A stretch of 41,575 bases of DNA, from sequence record SRR33789315_40; one strand, given 5' to 3'. The notes beneath the pieces are model-generated. The model saw nothing but the letters and a program-made list of their open reading frames with translations. It was not told where the DNA came from and did not search any database. Every line of letters starts with the position of its first letter. Positions within the stretch are counted from its first letter, which is position 1. Of this stretch, positions 9,401 through 20,025 are shown in pieces. Made by a program: the position numbers and the translations under genes.

Positions 9401-11335
9401 ATGACATTAATGGCTAATAAAAAGAAGTGGACAATCGAGGATTCTGAAAACCTCTATCGCGTAAATCGTTGGGGTGCGGGTTATTTTGAAATTGGTCAAA
9501 ATGGTAATTTAAATATTACTCCAGACCCCTCAAATAAAGATATTCGTATCGATTTTAAAGCGGTACTTGATGAAATTAAAGAGGAAGGGATCCAGTTTCC
9601 AGTGGTGGTGCGTTTTCACGACATCCTACGTTCACAAGTTTGTATGCTTAATGAAATATTCATCAAAACCGTACGAGATGCCAATTACCAAGGCAAATAT
9701 ATGGGTGTTTACCCCATAAAAGTTAACCAAATGCGTGAAGTGGTTGAAGAAATCGTTGATGCCGGAGCCCCCTTTAATTACGGTTTAGAAGCTGGCTCAA
9801 AAGCCGAGTTATTAACCGTTATGGCCTACAATACTAACGAAGAGTCATTAACCGTTTTAAACGGTTATAAAGACAAAGAATTCATGCGCTTAGCATTGTT
9901 AGGTAACAAGCTAGGTCGTAAGTTTATTGTTGTTATCGAAAAATATTCTGAATTACTTCTGCTTGTCAAAACATCAAAAGAGTTGGGTATTAAACCCATG
10001 ATTGGTGTGCGTTCAAAAATGACAGTGAAAGGCCGTGGTAAGTGGGAAGGTTCTGGTGGAGACCGCGCAAAGTTTGGTTTAACCATCAGTGAGATTATTA
10101 GAGCCGCTCGTTTTCTACAAGAAAACGATATGACTGAATGTTTAACTCTTTTGCACTTTCATATTGGCAGTCAGCTTACTGATATACGCGCAGTAAAAGA
10201 GGCAATTAATGAAGGTGCGATGATTTATGCCGACTTATATAACATGGGCTTTAAGCTAAACTATGTTGATGTGGGTGGTGGATTAGGTATTGATTATGAT
10301 GGCAGTAAATCAACCAACGATTCTTCTAGAAACTACAGCATGGAAGAGTACGTGGCTGATATTGTATTTGGCATGAAACAGGTCTGTGATCTTGAAAAAG
10401 TACCTCATCCAACTTTAGTCAGCGAAAGTGGTCGTGCAATTACAGCCCATCACAGTTGTGTTGTGACTCAGGTTGTCGGTGAAATCAAAGCTAATGGCAT
10501 GGAAATCGATACTACCCCGGTTGCCGACGAGCATATTTTATTGACTAACATGCGTGAATTGTCAGTTGAAATTGAAAAACAACATAACCTACAAGAAATT
10601 TTCAATGATGCTTCACAATGGAAAGAGCAAGCACTTACTGCTTTTAAATTGCGCGTAATTTCGCTTGAAGAGTTAGGAAAAATTGAAACTTTGTATTGGC
10701 AAATTATGGTCACTCTACAGGAACGTCTCAAGGAAGTTGATTTTATTCCTGATGAAATGAAAGAACTTGATTACGATTTATCTTCACAGTATTTATGTAA
10801 CTTTTCAGTCTTCCAATCAGCCGCAGATACATGGGCTATTGACCAAGTATTGCCCGTTATCCCTTTAACTAGAATGGACGAAAAGCCCACAGTAAATTGC
10901 TCACTGGTGGATATTACCTGTGACAGTGATGGTAAATTAGACCAATTTGTTAGTGCAAATGGTATTGCCGACGTTATCCCAATGCACAAGCTTAAAAAAG
11001 ACGAAGATTATTATCTTGGTTTATTTTTAACTGGTGCTTATCAAGACGTAATGGGGGATATGCATAACTTATTTGGTCGCTTAAACGAAGTGCACATATT
11101 TAGTTATGACGATGACCCAGAAGACTTTTATATTGAAGAAGTTGTAAAAGGCTCATCAGTGGAAGACGTATTATCAATTATGCAATACAACCCTGGTGCC
11201 ATGGCGCAATCCGTCAAGCGTATGATTGATGGACATGTTTCCAAAGGTCAGCTAAACCCCAGAGAAGGGGTTAAATGGACAGACTTTTATGAAGCCTGTT
11301 TAAAAGGCTATACCTACCTTAAAACAACCGACTAA
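9401..11335 (+). CDS. speA: Biosynthetic arginine decarboxylase
   Basis: YPIKVNQ (PLP lysine), GLEAGSKAEL, HFHIGSQ, DVGGGLGIDYDG, DITCDSDG, GAYQDVMGDMHNLFG; start may be ATG 9410. Confidence 0.96.
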   Translation: MTLMANKKKWTIEDSENLYRVNRWGAGYFEIGQNGNLNITPDPSNKDIRIDFKAVLDEIKEEGIQFPVVVRFHDILRSQVCMLNEIFIKTVRDANYQGKYMGVYPIKVNQMREVVEEIVDAGAPFNYGLEAGSKAELLTVMAYNTNEESLTVLNGYKDKEFMRLALLGNKLGRKFIVVIEKYSELLLLVKTSKELGIKPMIGVRSKMTVKGRGKWEGSGGDRAKFGLTISEIIRAARFLQENDMTECLTLLHFHIGSQLTDIRAVKEAINEGAMIYADLYNMGFKLNYVDVGGGLGIDYDGSKSTNDSSRNYSMEEYVADIVFGMKQVCDLEKVPHPTLVSESGRAITAHHSCVVTQVVGEIKANGMEIDTTPVADEHILLTNMRELSVEIEKQHNLQEIFNDASQWKEQALTAFKLRVISLEELGKIETLYWQIMVTLQERLKEVDFIPDEMKELDYDLSSQYLCNFSVFQSAADTWAIDQVLPVIPLTRMDEKPTVNCSLVDITCDSDGKLDQFVSANGIADVIPMHKLKKDEDYYLGLFLTGAYQDVMGDMHNLFGRLNEVHIFSYDDDPEDFYIEEVVKGSSVEDVLSIMQYNPGAMAQSVKRMIDGHVSKGQLNPREGVKWTDFYEACLKGYTYLKTTD

Positions 11336-11352
11336 AAGCCACATTAAACTCT

Positions 11353-11384
11353 GTGTTAAACACGTTGAAGAACGTGTTTAACAC
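11353..11384. terminator. Hairpin between convergent genes, probable bidirectional terminator
   Basis: GTGTTAAACACGTT-GAAG-AACGTGTTTAACAC, perfect 14-bp stem; no clear U-tail. Confidence 0.6.
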
Positions 11385-11412
11385 TAGAATACTGGGCGCT
11401 AAACGAATAAGG

Positions 11413-12600
11413 TTAATGTACTGCAAGTACTGTTGTTTCAACTTGCTCCTGTCGCTCTAAAGCTTCAAAACATGCAGCCCAAAAACTCGCACCAAACTGA
11501 TTAATTAAATTAGACTCTGCATTCATTAACATCACATAACCTACTTCATAATCTGGCGTAAAAGCCACTTCAGCGCGATATCCTTGTACCCAACCGCCAT
11601 GGTAATTGAGTTTATGTCCATTAAAGTCATAAATACGCCAACCTAAACCATAATGAGCCTCTTTTAAGTACTGGCGCCACTCTCGACGATACGTTTCTTT
11701 TTTGCTTTCGGTCAGTGGCCTAGTCACTGTTTCAACTAACTCACTATCTAATACTTGCGGAAACTCACCTAACAAGGCCCTAACCCACAAAACCATATCA
11801 CGCATACTCGCGTTAACCCCAGCAGCCGGTGAATATTGATAGTAGTCATCTCTCACACTCACGGTACGCCAGCTTTTTTTACCAATTGCTACGTGGGGTT
11901 TAGCCCAATGCTCAGACGATAATAAACTGTTTTTACCTACGCTGGCATGTGGCAAGTGCAAAGGCTTAAAAAGCTCCTGATCTAAGGCTTGCCCATAAGA
12001 ACTGTGATGTTGGGTAAAATACTCTTCTAATACACCAAATAAAGTATTTTGATAGGTGTAACATTTCCCGGGTGCACACAGTGGCTTAAGTTCAGACAAC
12101 ATGCTTAAGACTTTAGGCACCGGATAATTTGCTTCAATGAGGTTGTCGTAAGCGTTAGGCGTAAAGCCGCTAGATTGCCCAATAATATGCTGTAGTTGCA
12201 GGGTATTTTCACCCAGACTGGAAAAAGCGTAATTTGGCACGATCTGAGCAATCGGCTGTTGCCATTGAAGACGATGTTGTTCTACATATTTAGCCATTAA
12301 CATCGAAGTAAACGTTTTCGATACCGATGCCAATCTAAATACGGTATCAACACTAATGTTTGCGCCATTTCTACTTTCTTTACCGTAAACAAACACTTTA
12401 GCTGGTTTACCTTTTTCAATATAAGCAAAAATATAACCAGGAATATTTTTAGCGCTGGCTAGTTGTTGAACTTGTTGCGATTGTGCATCAAGCCATGTAG
12501 GTATTTGCGTATCCTCTTGCCCTACTGCAGCAGCTATATTCAGGAGAATCAAGAGACTGCAATACAAAACCTTTTTTAACATCTCGCCCCTATTAAGCAT
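11413..12600 (-). CDS. Exported serine hydrolase, class C beta-lactamase/AmpH-like family
   Basis: Signal peptide; FRLASVSK (SxxK), YQN (YxN), HGG. Confidence 0.9.
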   Translation of the reverse strand: MLNRGEMLKKVLYCSLLILLNIAAAVGQEDTQIPTWLDAQSQQVQQLASAKNIPGYIFAYIEKGKPAKVFVYGKESRNGANISVDTVFRLASVSKTFTSMLMAKYVEQHRLQWQQPIAQIVPNYAFSSLGENTLQLQHIIGQSSGFTPNAYDNLIEANYPVPKVLSMLSELKPLCAPGKCYTYQNTLFGVLEEYFTQHHSSYGQALDQELFKPLHLPHASVGKNSLLSSEHWAKPHVAIGKKSWRTVSVRDDYYQYSPAAGVNASMRDMVLWVRALLGEFPQVLDSELVETVTRPLTESKKETYRREWRQYLKEAHYGLGWRIYDFNGHKLNYHGGWVQGYRAEVAFTPDYEVGYVMLMNAESNLINQFGASFWAACFEALERQEQVETTVLAVH

Positions 12601-12820
12601 TCACTTTAAAAAATTATCGCAAGGTATTACTGCACTAAAAACCAAACAAAATACCAACAATCAGCTATTATCCCCTCTTCGGCATACGACAATCAACTAC
12701 TGATAAAATAAAGCGTTTTAAAATTGAATTTAATCTTTTTTATCTAGCGCTAATAAGCCATTCTTTTAACTCCGCTTTTGTCGCACCTTAAGTGAAAAAA
12801 AGCGATAGTATGACTACATA

Positions 12821-14191
12821 ATGACTTCGCTACTCAACTCCATGACTGATCTTCAGATATTTCAACAAGCACGCTTAAGTCGGGATCCAAGGTTTGATGG
12901 GCAGTTTTTTATTGCCGTAAAAACCACCAAAATATTCTGTCGCTCTATTTGTCCGGCAAATTTGCCGCTTGAAAAAAACGTCGAATACTTTTTACTTGCC
13001 CAGCAAGCAATGCAACACGGTTATCGTCCCTGCCTGCGATGCCGACCTGACAGTGCGCCAAAATCTTTTGCTTGGCAAGGTGTGGCTACAACGGTAAAAC
13101 GAGCAATACAATTACTGCATACCAATTTAGAACTCACTATCGGTCAGATTGCCGACAAACTTGGGATTGGTGAACGATATTTTCGTCATTTGTTTAATAA
13201 ACAAATAGGCTTAAGTCCTAAGCAATTCCAATTGTATAATCAAATACTATTAGCCAAGAAACTTCTTCACACCAGTAACTTGTCCATAGAACATATTGCT
13301 CAAGCATGTGGATTTGCAAGTGCTCGTCGTCTACAAATACAAATGCAGCGCATCTGCGAGCTTTCCCCCTCACAAGTGCGCAAGGAAACGGTAAGCATGG
13401 CACAAAATATTCAACTCAACATTGCGTTTCGTGCTCCCTATGACTGGTCACAAGTGAGAAATTTTTTAGCGCTAAGGTCTATTGCCGGTATTGAGAAAAT
13501 TGGCCTTAACAGCTATTCCCGTTTTTTTACCATTGAAAATGAAAAAGGCTGGTTTCAAGTCGATTATGACCATGCAAACAGGCAATTTGCACTGCAAATT
13601 AAATTAACTAACTTAACGCTCTTACCAAAGGTGATTGCCAATATTGAAAGAGTGCTTGATGTGAATGCCGACACCGAGGCCATAAGCAATAGGTTATTAT
13701 TATGTGGTGTGCCAGCAGAGTCGATTAATCAAGGACTTCGTTTACCCGGCATTTGGAACACCTTTGAAGCAGGGTGCCGCGCTATTTTAGGTCAACAGAT
13801 ATCAGTAAAGGCCGCGATTAATTTGGTGACCTTATTTTGCCAAACTCTAGGTGATAAAGTGGTTGACGAACTGTATTTCCCCAGCCCTGAGAATGTAGCT
13901 AAGCATGACCTTAGTTTCTTAAAGATGCCAGAAAAACGTCGCAATTCCTTACGTGCTTTTGCCCAATGGTATTTATCAAATCCTACAGCCGAAGTAAGTG
14001 AATGGCTCGCTGTTAAAGGCGTTGGCCCATGGACTATCGCCTATGCGCAGCTACGTGGTCTTTCACTACCGGACGTATGGTTAAACACCGACTTAGTCAT
14101 TAAAAACCAATTAGCAAAGCACCACATCACTCCAGAAGTCGCACGGCCGTGGCGCAGCTATTTAACTATTCAACTATGGACATTAGCATGA
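12821..14191 (+). CDS. alkA: Ada Zn-binding/AraC regulator fused to AlkA 3-methyladenine DNA glycosylase
   Basis: FCRSICPA and RPCLRCRP; AraC HTH; AILGQQISV; HhH GVGPWT followed by the catalytic-position Asp; RPWRSY. Confidence 0.9.
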   Translation: MTSLLNSMTDLQIFQQARLSRDPRFDGQFFIAVKTTKIFCRSICPANLPLEKNVEYFLLAQQAMQHGYRPCLRCRPDSAPKSFAWQGVATTVKRAIQLLHTNLELTIGQIADKLGIGERYFRHLFNKQIGLSPKQFQLYNQILLAKKLLHTSNLSIEHIAQACGFASARRLQIQMQRICELSPSQVRKETVSMAQNIQLNIAFRAPYDWSQVRNFLALRSIAGIEKIGLNSYSRFFTIENEKGWFQVDYDHANRQFALQIKLTNLTLLPKVIANIERVLDVNADTEAISNRLLLCGVPAESINQGLRLPGIWNTFEAGCRAILGQQISVKAAINLVTLFCQTLGDKVVDELYFPSPENVAKHDLSFLKMPEKRRNSLRAFAQWYLSNPTAEVSEWLAVKGVGPWTIAYAQLRGLSLPDVWLNTDLVIKNQLAKHHITPEVARPWRSYLTIQLWTLA

Positions 14192-14664
14192 CGCAACTCG
14201 ACTTATATTACGATTATTTAAACAGTCCTTTTGGCCAATTAGAAATTGCTGCCACCTCATTAAGCGTACATATAATACGTTTTAAAAGTGAACGCTTACA
14301 CACTGTCAGGATCAATAAAATATTAGAAAAAACAAAAGAACAACTAAATGAATATTTTTCAGGTGAGCGTTTAACCTTTGATTTACCCTTACATGACGAG
14401 GGTACAATGTTCCAAAAGCAAGTTTGGCAACAGTTACAGAATATTCCCTATGGCACAACCTGTAGTTATAGTGAGTTAGCGTACAGCATTGATAAGCCCA
14501 AAGCCGTGCGTGCTGTAGGTGCTGCCAATGGTCGAAACCGTATTTCAATTGTTATTCCTTGCCACCGCGTCATCGGCGCCAATGGCAGTTTAACGGGTTA
14601 TGCTTGGGGTACATCAATTAAAGCCGCCCTGCTACAACATGAGCAAAATTTTAAACGTAATTAA
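14188..14664 (+). CDS. ogt: Methylated-DNA-protein-cysteine methyltransferase
   Basis: PCHRV active site, RAVGAANGRN; start set at the ATGA overlap with the upstream stop. Confidence 0.93.
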   Translation: MTQLDLYYDYLNSPFGQLEIAATSLSVHIIRFKSERLHTVRINKILEKTKEQLNEYFSGERLTFDLPLHDEGTMFQKQVWQQLQNIPYGTTCSYSELAYSIDKPKAVRAVGAANGRNRISIVIPCHRVIGANGSLTGYAWGTSIKAALLQHEQNFKRN

Positions 14665-14682
14665 GAAGATTAAGGAATTATT

Positions 14683-15564
14683 TTGCCCATTAAATATACT
14701 GTCGAACTGGTTTTTTTAGCTGCCATATGGGGTGCTTCATTTTTATTTATGCGTACCACATCGGCGGAGTTTGGCCCTGTTATGCTGATTACTTTGCGTA
14801 CTAGCATCGCCGCTATCGTTTTGTTACCCCTATTAATTATTAAACAGCGTACGGGTATCATGCTACAACATTGGCGCATCATTACAGTCGTTGGTTTAAC
14901 CAATACCGCCATACCATTTTGCTTATTTAGTTACAGTACCCTCTATCTTGGTGCTGGGTATGCGTCTGTACTTAACGCAACGGCACCTATGTTTGGCGCT
15001 CTCATTGGGTTTTATTGGTTAAAAGACAAGTTATTGCCCATCGCCATTTGGGGTTTAATCATAGGATTTATAGGTGTATTAGTACTTAGCCTATCTCGCC
15101 ACCATACTCAAGTTAATACAGAGTGGCTGCCGATAATTGCAGCCTTGGTCGCAACTTGTTTGTACGGCTTTGCGGCGTGTTTCACTAAACGGCATTTACA
15201 AGGTGTTAATGCTTTAGCTATCGCTACGGGCAGTCAAATTATAGCCGCGATGACACTGGCACCCTTGAGTTTACTTTTTTGGCCCAAGACCATGCCAGAT
15301 ACAGGCAGTTGGTTACAAGTCATCGCATTAGGTGTGGTTTGTACCGCATTAGCTTATATACTTTATTTTCGTTTAATCGCTAATATTGGCTCAGCAAAAG
15401 CCATCACTGTGGCATATTTGGTTCCGGTATTTGGTGTTTTATGGGGCATGATATTCCTGGCCGAACAGTTATCACTCGGCATGTGGTTAGGTGCGGCGCT
15501 GGTACTATTTGGCGTAGCCCTAACCTCGGGTTTATTTAAACGCTACCGCGCTATCAAGTGCTAG
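14683..15564 (+). CDS. DMT/EamA-family transporter
   Basis: LAAIWGASFLF, about 10 TM segments in two repeats; TTG start with AAGGA RBS. Confidence 0.9.
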   Translation: MPIKYTVELVFLAAIWGASFLFMRTTSAEFGPVMLITLRTSIAAIVLLPLLIIKQRTGIMLQHWRIITVVGLTNTAIPFCLFSYSTLYLGAGYASVLNATAPMFGALIGFYWLKDKLLPIAIWGLIIGFIGVLVLSLSRHHTQVNTEWLPIIAALVATCLYGFAACFTKRHLQGVNALAIATGSQIIAAMTLAPLSLLFWPKTMPDTGSWLQVIALGVVCTALAYILYFRLIANIGSAKAITVAYLVPVFGVLWGMIFLAEQLSLGMWLGAALVLFGVALTSGLFKRYRAIKC

Positions 15565-15586
15565 TGATAGATTATCTAGCACTGAT

Positions 15587-17005
15587 TTAGGCTTCTATTA
15601 ATTGAATTCTAACCACATTTCGACCATCTCTCTTAGCCGAAAACAAGGCATCATCAGCCGCAGAAACCACTTCTGACATGGTACGCGCCACTGCTGTAAA
15701 AGAAATACCAAAACTACCTGTTATTTGAATCGATGTCGTGCCAGTTGTAATCGCCATTGCCGCTAATTTATTACATAGCTTTTGACAAATTTCTGCCGCT
15801 TCATGAGGCCCCGTATCAGGCATCAATATTATAAATTCACCACCAGACCAACGACCGAGTACATCTTTGTCACGGATTTCTGCCAGTAGCATCTTCGTCA
15901 CTTGACGCAACACAATATCGCCCGCTTTACGACCGTGAGTTTCGTTAATTGGTGTAAAGTTATCTAAATCAACAATAACCAAACTAACAGACTGTTTTTG
16001 ATACATGAACTCTTCGAATTTGAGGGTAATGTTACTGCGATTAGGTAACTCAGTCAGGATATCTATTTGTTTGATTTTTTGAATGTCTTTTTTAAAGTAA
16101 TACAACAAATTATATATCAATAAAAAGAGAGCAAAAATAATGGCAAGCAAGGTCACTATACTTATTATAAAACCACGACTTATATCAATTTGACGAGACT
16201 CTAATGGCGTAATTAAATATAAGGTCCAGTCGAACGCTTTTATTTTTAACTCTGCAATTAACGATTCAACCCCATCTATTCGTAACAAAAGGTTGTTTAA
16301 TGACGTTTGGTTTTGTTCATTTAAACTGGCATACCAAACTAGTTCACTAAGATTTTTAAAGGTTGCACCTTGTACTAATAATTCAGGATCGGAAGTGAGC
16401 GTAATGTCTTTGTTTTGATCAACAAAAATAAAATCATAACCGTAGGTTTTTTTATACTCATTGAATATGTCAGTAAAAGCCCTCAGGCCTTTACCTACGC
16501 CAAAAACGCCTAAATATTGCTGATTCTGATCATACACTTTCAAATCAATATAAAACTGCGGATTTTGCCATTGGCCGATATCTGCCATTGCATCTGCTGG
16601 CTGTGCTTTATATCTAAAATACCAATCAACCTTTCCCTCTATTAAGTCTATTTTACTGCCATCAGAGTTATATTGAATACGGCTTTTTTCACTCGCGATA
16701 AAAAAGTTGAGGTCAAATTCATTGTTCATACGCGCAAGAGTGGCAAAAACTTGCTGCTCATCAATAATGTCAGCGGCCATTAGGTCATGCAACTCACGGG
16801 CTTTAACTAAGGTTTGTGCGATATGAAGAGGCTTCATCAATTCTTCAACGATGAGCTGCAGAGCAGGAGATTGTGATTGTTGTTGAGCTCTACTTTGCTC
16901 CGCCACAATTTTTGAAATACTAAAGTGCACTAACGTCACAATGGAAATTACTACGATGACAAATAACATCAGTATACTACGGTGTAACGTTCTAAAAATA
17001 TTCAC
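15587..17005 (-). CDS. Membrane-bound sensor GGDEF-domain protein with degenerate active site
   Basis: Two TM helices flanking a Cache-like periplasmic region; DILTELPNR, RDKD I-site, SGGEF in place of GG(D/E)EF. Confidence 0.85.
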   Translation of the reverse strand: MNIFRTLHRSILMLFVIVVISIVTLVHFSISKIVAEQSRAQQQSQSPALQLIVEELMKPLHIAQTLVKARELHDLMAADIIDEQQVFATLARMNNEFDLNFFIASEKSRIQYNSDGSKIDLIEGKVDWYFRYKAQPADAMADIGQWQNPQFYIDLKVYDQNQQYLGVFGVGKGLRAFTDIFNEYKKTYGYDFIFVDQNKDITLTSDPELLVQGATFKNLSELVWYASLNEQNQTSLNNLLLRIDGVESLIAELKIKAFDWTLYLITPLESRQIDISRGFIISIVTLLAIIFALFLLIYNLLYYFKKDIQKIKQIDILTELPNRSNITLKFEEFMYQKQSVSLVIVDLDNFTPINETHGRKAGDIVLRQVTKMLLAEIRDKDVLGRWSGGEFIILMPDTGPHEAAEICQKLCNKLAAMAITTGTTSIQITGSFGISFTAVARTMSEVVSAADDALFSAKRDGRNVVRIQLIEA

Positions 17006-17404
17006 AGGCTACCTTGCTTATGTTGATTTATTTTTTATCGCCAAGGTCTCTTTGGCTATCTGTATTCCACAGTAGGTAACGATTAAAATCAAGTCCCGTA
17101 CACTGTTTAAACAAAAATAATCAGGTTTCAATTGCACCGATGATAAAGACGGTTAAATTTCAACCCTAAAATGATATTTTTAAAAGCAAACAAGGCCTAA
17201 AATTCAAGTTTTACGTGACGCCCTAAGGCAAAGTAGCATAGCATGAGAGAACGGAGTTAGCTTACGCCCAAAACTCTAGTTTGTAGATTTACGCTTTCCG
17301 CACTATTGCAAAATAAACCAAGCACCAACTCTTGGTTTAAGCTAAAAATTCCAAATTAGACAGAGTAGCTGTGAATAATTGTAAAAGATAAAAAAGGATA
17401 AAAT

Positions 17405-18763
17405 ATGACATGTTCTGTCGTCATTCTGGCTGCTGGGAAAGGTACCAGAATGAAATCAACACTGCCTAAAGTACTGCACCCCATTGGAGGAAAACCCATG
17501 GTGCAACATATTATTGATACCGTTAAGCAAGTGGGTGCCACCAGCATTAACCTTATTTATGGACACGGTGCAGATCAGCTGCAACAAGCCCTCGCCCACA
17601 ATGAGCTAAATTGGTGTTTACAAACAGAACAACTTGGCACTGGGCACGCCGTTCTACAGGCCGTGCCTTTTTTGTTAGACCATGAAGATGTGCTTATTTT
17701 AGTTGGAGATGCGCCTCTTATTAAAGCGTCTACACTTCAGCAACTTTTACACATTAAACAAGAAGCTGATTTAGCCTTACTTACTGTGCATTTAGATGAT
17801 CCTACTGGCATGGGGCGTATTATTCGAAATGGTGAACAAGTGAGTGCCATTGTTGAGCATAAAGATGCAACAACAGCACAACGGCAAATTACTGAAATCA
17901 ATACTGGCATGATGGTAATGAGTGGCAAAAATCTGAAACGTTGGTTGAGCCAATTGAACAACCAAAATGCACAAGGTGAGTTTTACCTCACTGACGTTAT
18001 AGAAATGGCCGCCAACGAAGGTAAAACCATCAAAGCTGCGCATCCTACTTCAGCAACTGAAGTAGAAGGTATCAACAACCGTATGCAATTAGCCAAAATC
18101 GAACGAGCCTTCCAAGCTGAGCAAGCCAATGATTTAATGAGTAAAGGGGTGACCTTACTCGACCCCCAGCGTTTTGATTTACGCGGTGACCTAGTAGTAG
18201 GCCAAGATATCATCATCGATGTCAATGTTATTATTGAAGGTACTGTCAGTATTGGTTCAAACGTAAAAATTGGCCCTAACTGCATTTTAATTGATTGCAC
18301 CATAGCTGATGGCACCGTCATAGAAGCCAATTCAATTATTGAACAAGCAAGCGTAGCGGAAAACTGTCAAATTGGTCCTTATGCCCGCTTACGTCCAGGA
18401 ACCGAAATTCAGGCCGGAGCCAAAGTAGGTAACTTTGTTGAATTGAAAAAAACGGTATTAGGTTTAGGTTCAAAGGCCAATCACTTTACTTATTTAGGTG
18501 ATACAACCGTTGGCAATAAAGTTAATATTGGCGCCGGAACCATCACCTGTAACTATGATGGTGTTAATAAATTTCGCACAGAAATAGGCGATGGTGCCTT
18601 TATCGGGTCGAATAGTTCTATTGTTGCGCCTGTTACCATTGGAAAGAATGCCACTGTTGGTGCCGGTTCAACCATTACCAAATCAATTGACGATCATGAA
18701 CTAGCAATCGCTAGGGCAAAGCAGCGTAATATTGCTGATTGGCAACGTCCAACCAAGAAGTAG
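17405..18763 (+). CDS. glmU: Bifunctional UDP-GlcNAc pyrophosphorylase / GlcN-1-P acetyltransferase
   Basis: [19 protein letters not shown], hexapeptide repeats, CNYDGVNK. Confidence 0.98.
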   Translation: MTCSVVILAAGKGTRMKSTLPKVLHPIGGKPMVQHIIDTVKQVGATSINLIYGHGADQLQQALAHNELNWCLQTEQLGTGHAVLQAVPFLLDHEDVLILVGDAPLIKASTLQQLLHIKQEADLALLTVHLDDPTGMGRIIRNGEQVSAIVEHKDATTAQRQITEINTGMMVMSGKNLKRWLSQLNNQNAQGEFYLTDVIEMAANEGKTIKAAHPTSATEVEGINNRMQLAKIERAFQAEQANDLMSKGVTLLDPQRFDLRGDLVVGQDIIIDVNVIIEGTVSIGSNVKIGPNCILIDCTIADGTVIEANSIIEQASVAENCQIGPYARLRPGTEIQAGAKVGNFVELKKTVLGLGSKANHFTYLGDTTVGNKVNIGAGTITCNYDGVNKFRTEIGDGAFIGSNSSIVAPVTIGKNATVGAGSTITKSIDDHELAIARAKQRNIADWQRPTKK

Positions 18764-18951
18764 GTCAACCAACTTGAAACGCTAAAACACGTCTAGGCCT
18801 ACAAGCTTTTTAGTTAGGCCTAAGCGCATTTAAAAAGCCAATACATTAATAAAAACAATTGAAAGAACACCGTTATTTAATGAAACTGGCGTACCTGATA
18901 CAGTCAAACAGACTTATCAAATCACAGCTAACTTACCTATTTACAGTACGC

Positions 18952-20025
18952 TTATTTAGAAACTAATAGTATTTTGCCATTTTCAGTTTTTTCATGACGA
19001 ATATTAAAATTTTGCGACAAGGTATTTAATAACATATCAATGTCATCGGTTTTAAACACGCCAGCAATCTTTAGTTTTCTAAGCTCTTCTTCAGGAATGA
19101 TAAATTCAGAATCTGTATAGCGCGAGACTTCATCCATTGCAGCAAGTAGTGTCTGGCCTTTAAAAATGAGCTTTCTATCTAACCAGCCTAAAGAAGCTTT
19201 AATGTCATCTCCGCTAATATTTTGTTTTTGTTGTTTATCCACATCAGAAAACCTAATCACAACTCTATCACCCGGCGTGGCAGCTTGCGCACTATCAATA
19301 TGTAAGTCCATTGCCATTTTTACCCCAGCAAAATCTTTACTTGATAGTTTAATTGCTACTAATTCCGCAATAAGCACTTTGCCGTCAGTGACTAATAATT
19401 CGATACTTTCATTAAAGGATTTTTTGATATTAAATGCCGTACCAACCGCTTGAAAAACAGTACCATCCACAATTACGCTTAAAGGTCGGGTTGTATCATG
19501 GGCGACATCAATAAATATCTCACCTTTAACTAAATTAATGAGTCGTTCATTGGTGCTAAAATCCACTATTACCAAACTATTTGTATTAATAGTTAGTATA
19601 CTACCATCGGCCAAATTAATAGTGGAATGCTGCCCTACCGCTGTTTGATAAGTAGACTGGAATGGCCTTGATGTTTGATTGGCAAGGGTTGAGTCATCTG
19701 ATATGAGTGGCGAAACAGGATTGATAAACCATAAAAAAACAAAACACAGTGCAACTGATGCCGCCACGGCATAGTATTTATACTCAAATTTACGGCTACG
19801 CTTCGGAATAACGGGCTGAAACAAAGTCGATAATTGAGACAAGCTATCTAACTTATCCCACGTACTGGCGAGCATTAAAAACTCCTGTTCATTTTGCTCG
19901 TTCTGAAGCCAAGCTTGTAAATCTTTTAGTTCTGTTTTACTCAAACCACGATCTAGTTTTGTGATCCAGATAGCAGCCTGCTTATTGATTAAAGCCCGAT
20001 CGCGTATGTCATATACATTACTCAT
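18952..20025 (-). CDS. FecR-family anti-sigma/transmembrane sensor
   Basis: QAAIW N-terminal motif, single TM, YQTAVGQ..LADGS..NTNS, AVGTAF, C-terminal W..RKLIF; ATGA overlap with the sigma gene. Confidence 0.92.
   Translation of the reverse strand: MSNVYDIRDRALINKQAAIWITKLDRGLSKTELKDLQAWLQNEQNEQEFLMLASTWDKLDSLSQLSTLFQPVIPKRSRKFEYKYYAVAASVALCFVFLWFINPVSPLISDDSTLANQTSRPFQSTYQTAVGQHSTINLADGSILTINTNSLVIVDFSTNERLINLVKGEIFIDVAHDTTRPLSVIVDGTVFQAVGTAFNIKKSFNESIELLVTDGKVLIAELVAIKLSSKDFAGVKMAMDLHIDSAQAATPGDRVVIRFSDVDKQQKQNISGDDIKASLGWLDRKLIFKGQTLLAAMDEVSRYTDSEFIIPEEELRKLKIAGVFKTDDIDMLLNTLSQNFNIRHEKTENGKILLVSK

Noticed and set aside
11413-12600. Calling the serine hydrolase an antibiotic-resistance beta-lactamase
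   Set aside because: SxxK, YxN and HGG are shared with esterases and peptidases; the AmpC KTG triad is absent.
12795-12810. AAAGCGAT as an Ada box
   Set aside because: It is only a partial match to the E. coli AAAGCGCA box in A-rich context.
14149-14187. Extended start of ogt
   Set aside because: It overlaps the alkA coding end; the ATGA coupling at 14188 is more plausible.
17221-17300. GGCAAA-containing stretch considered as a c-di-GMP-I riboswitch
   Set aside because: It lacks the GAAA tetraloop stem and the GACGCAAAG element.
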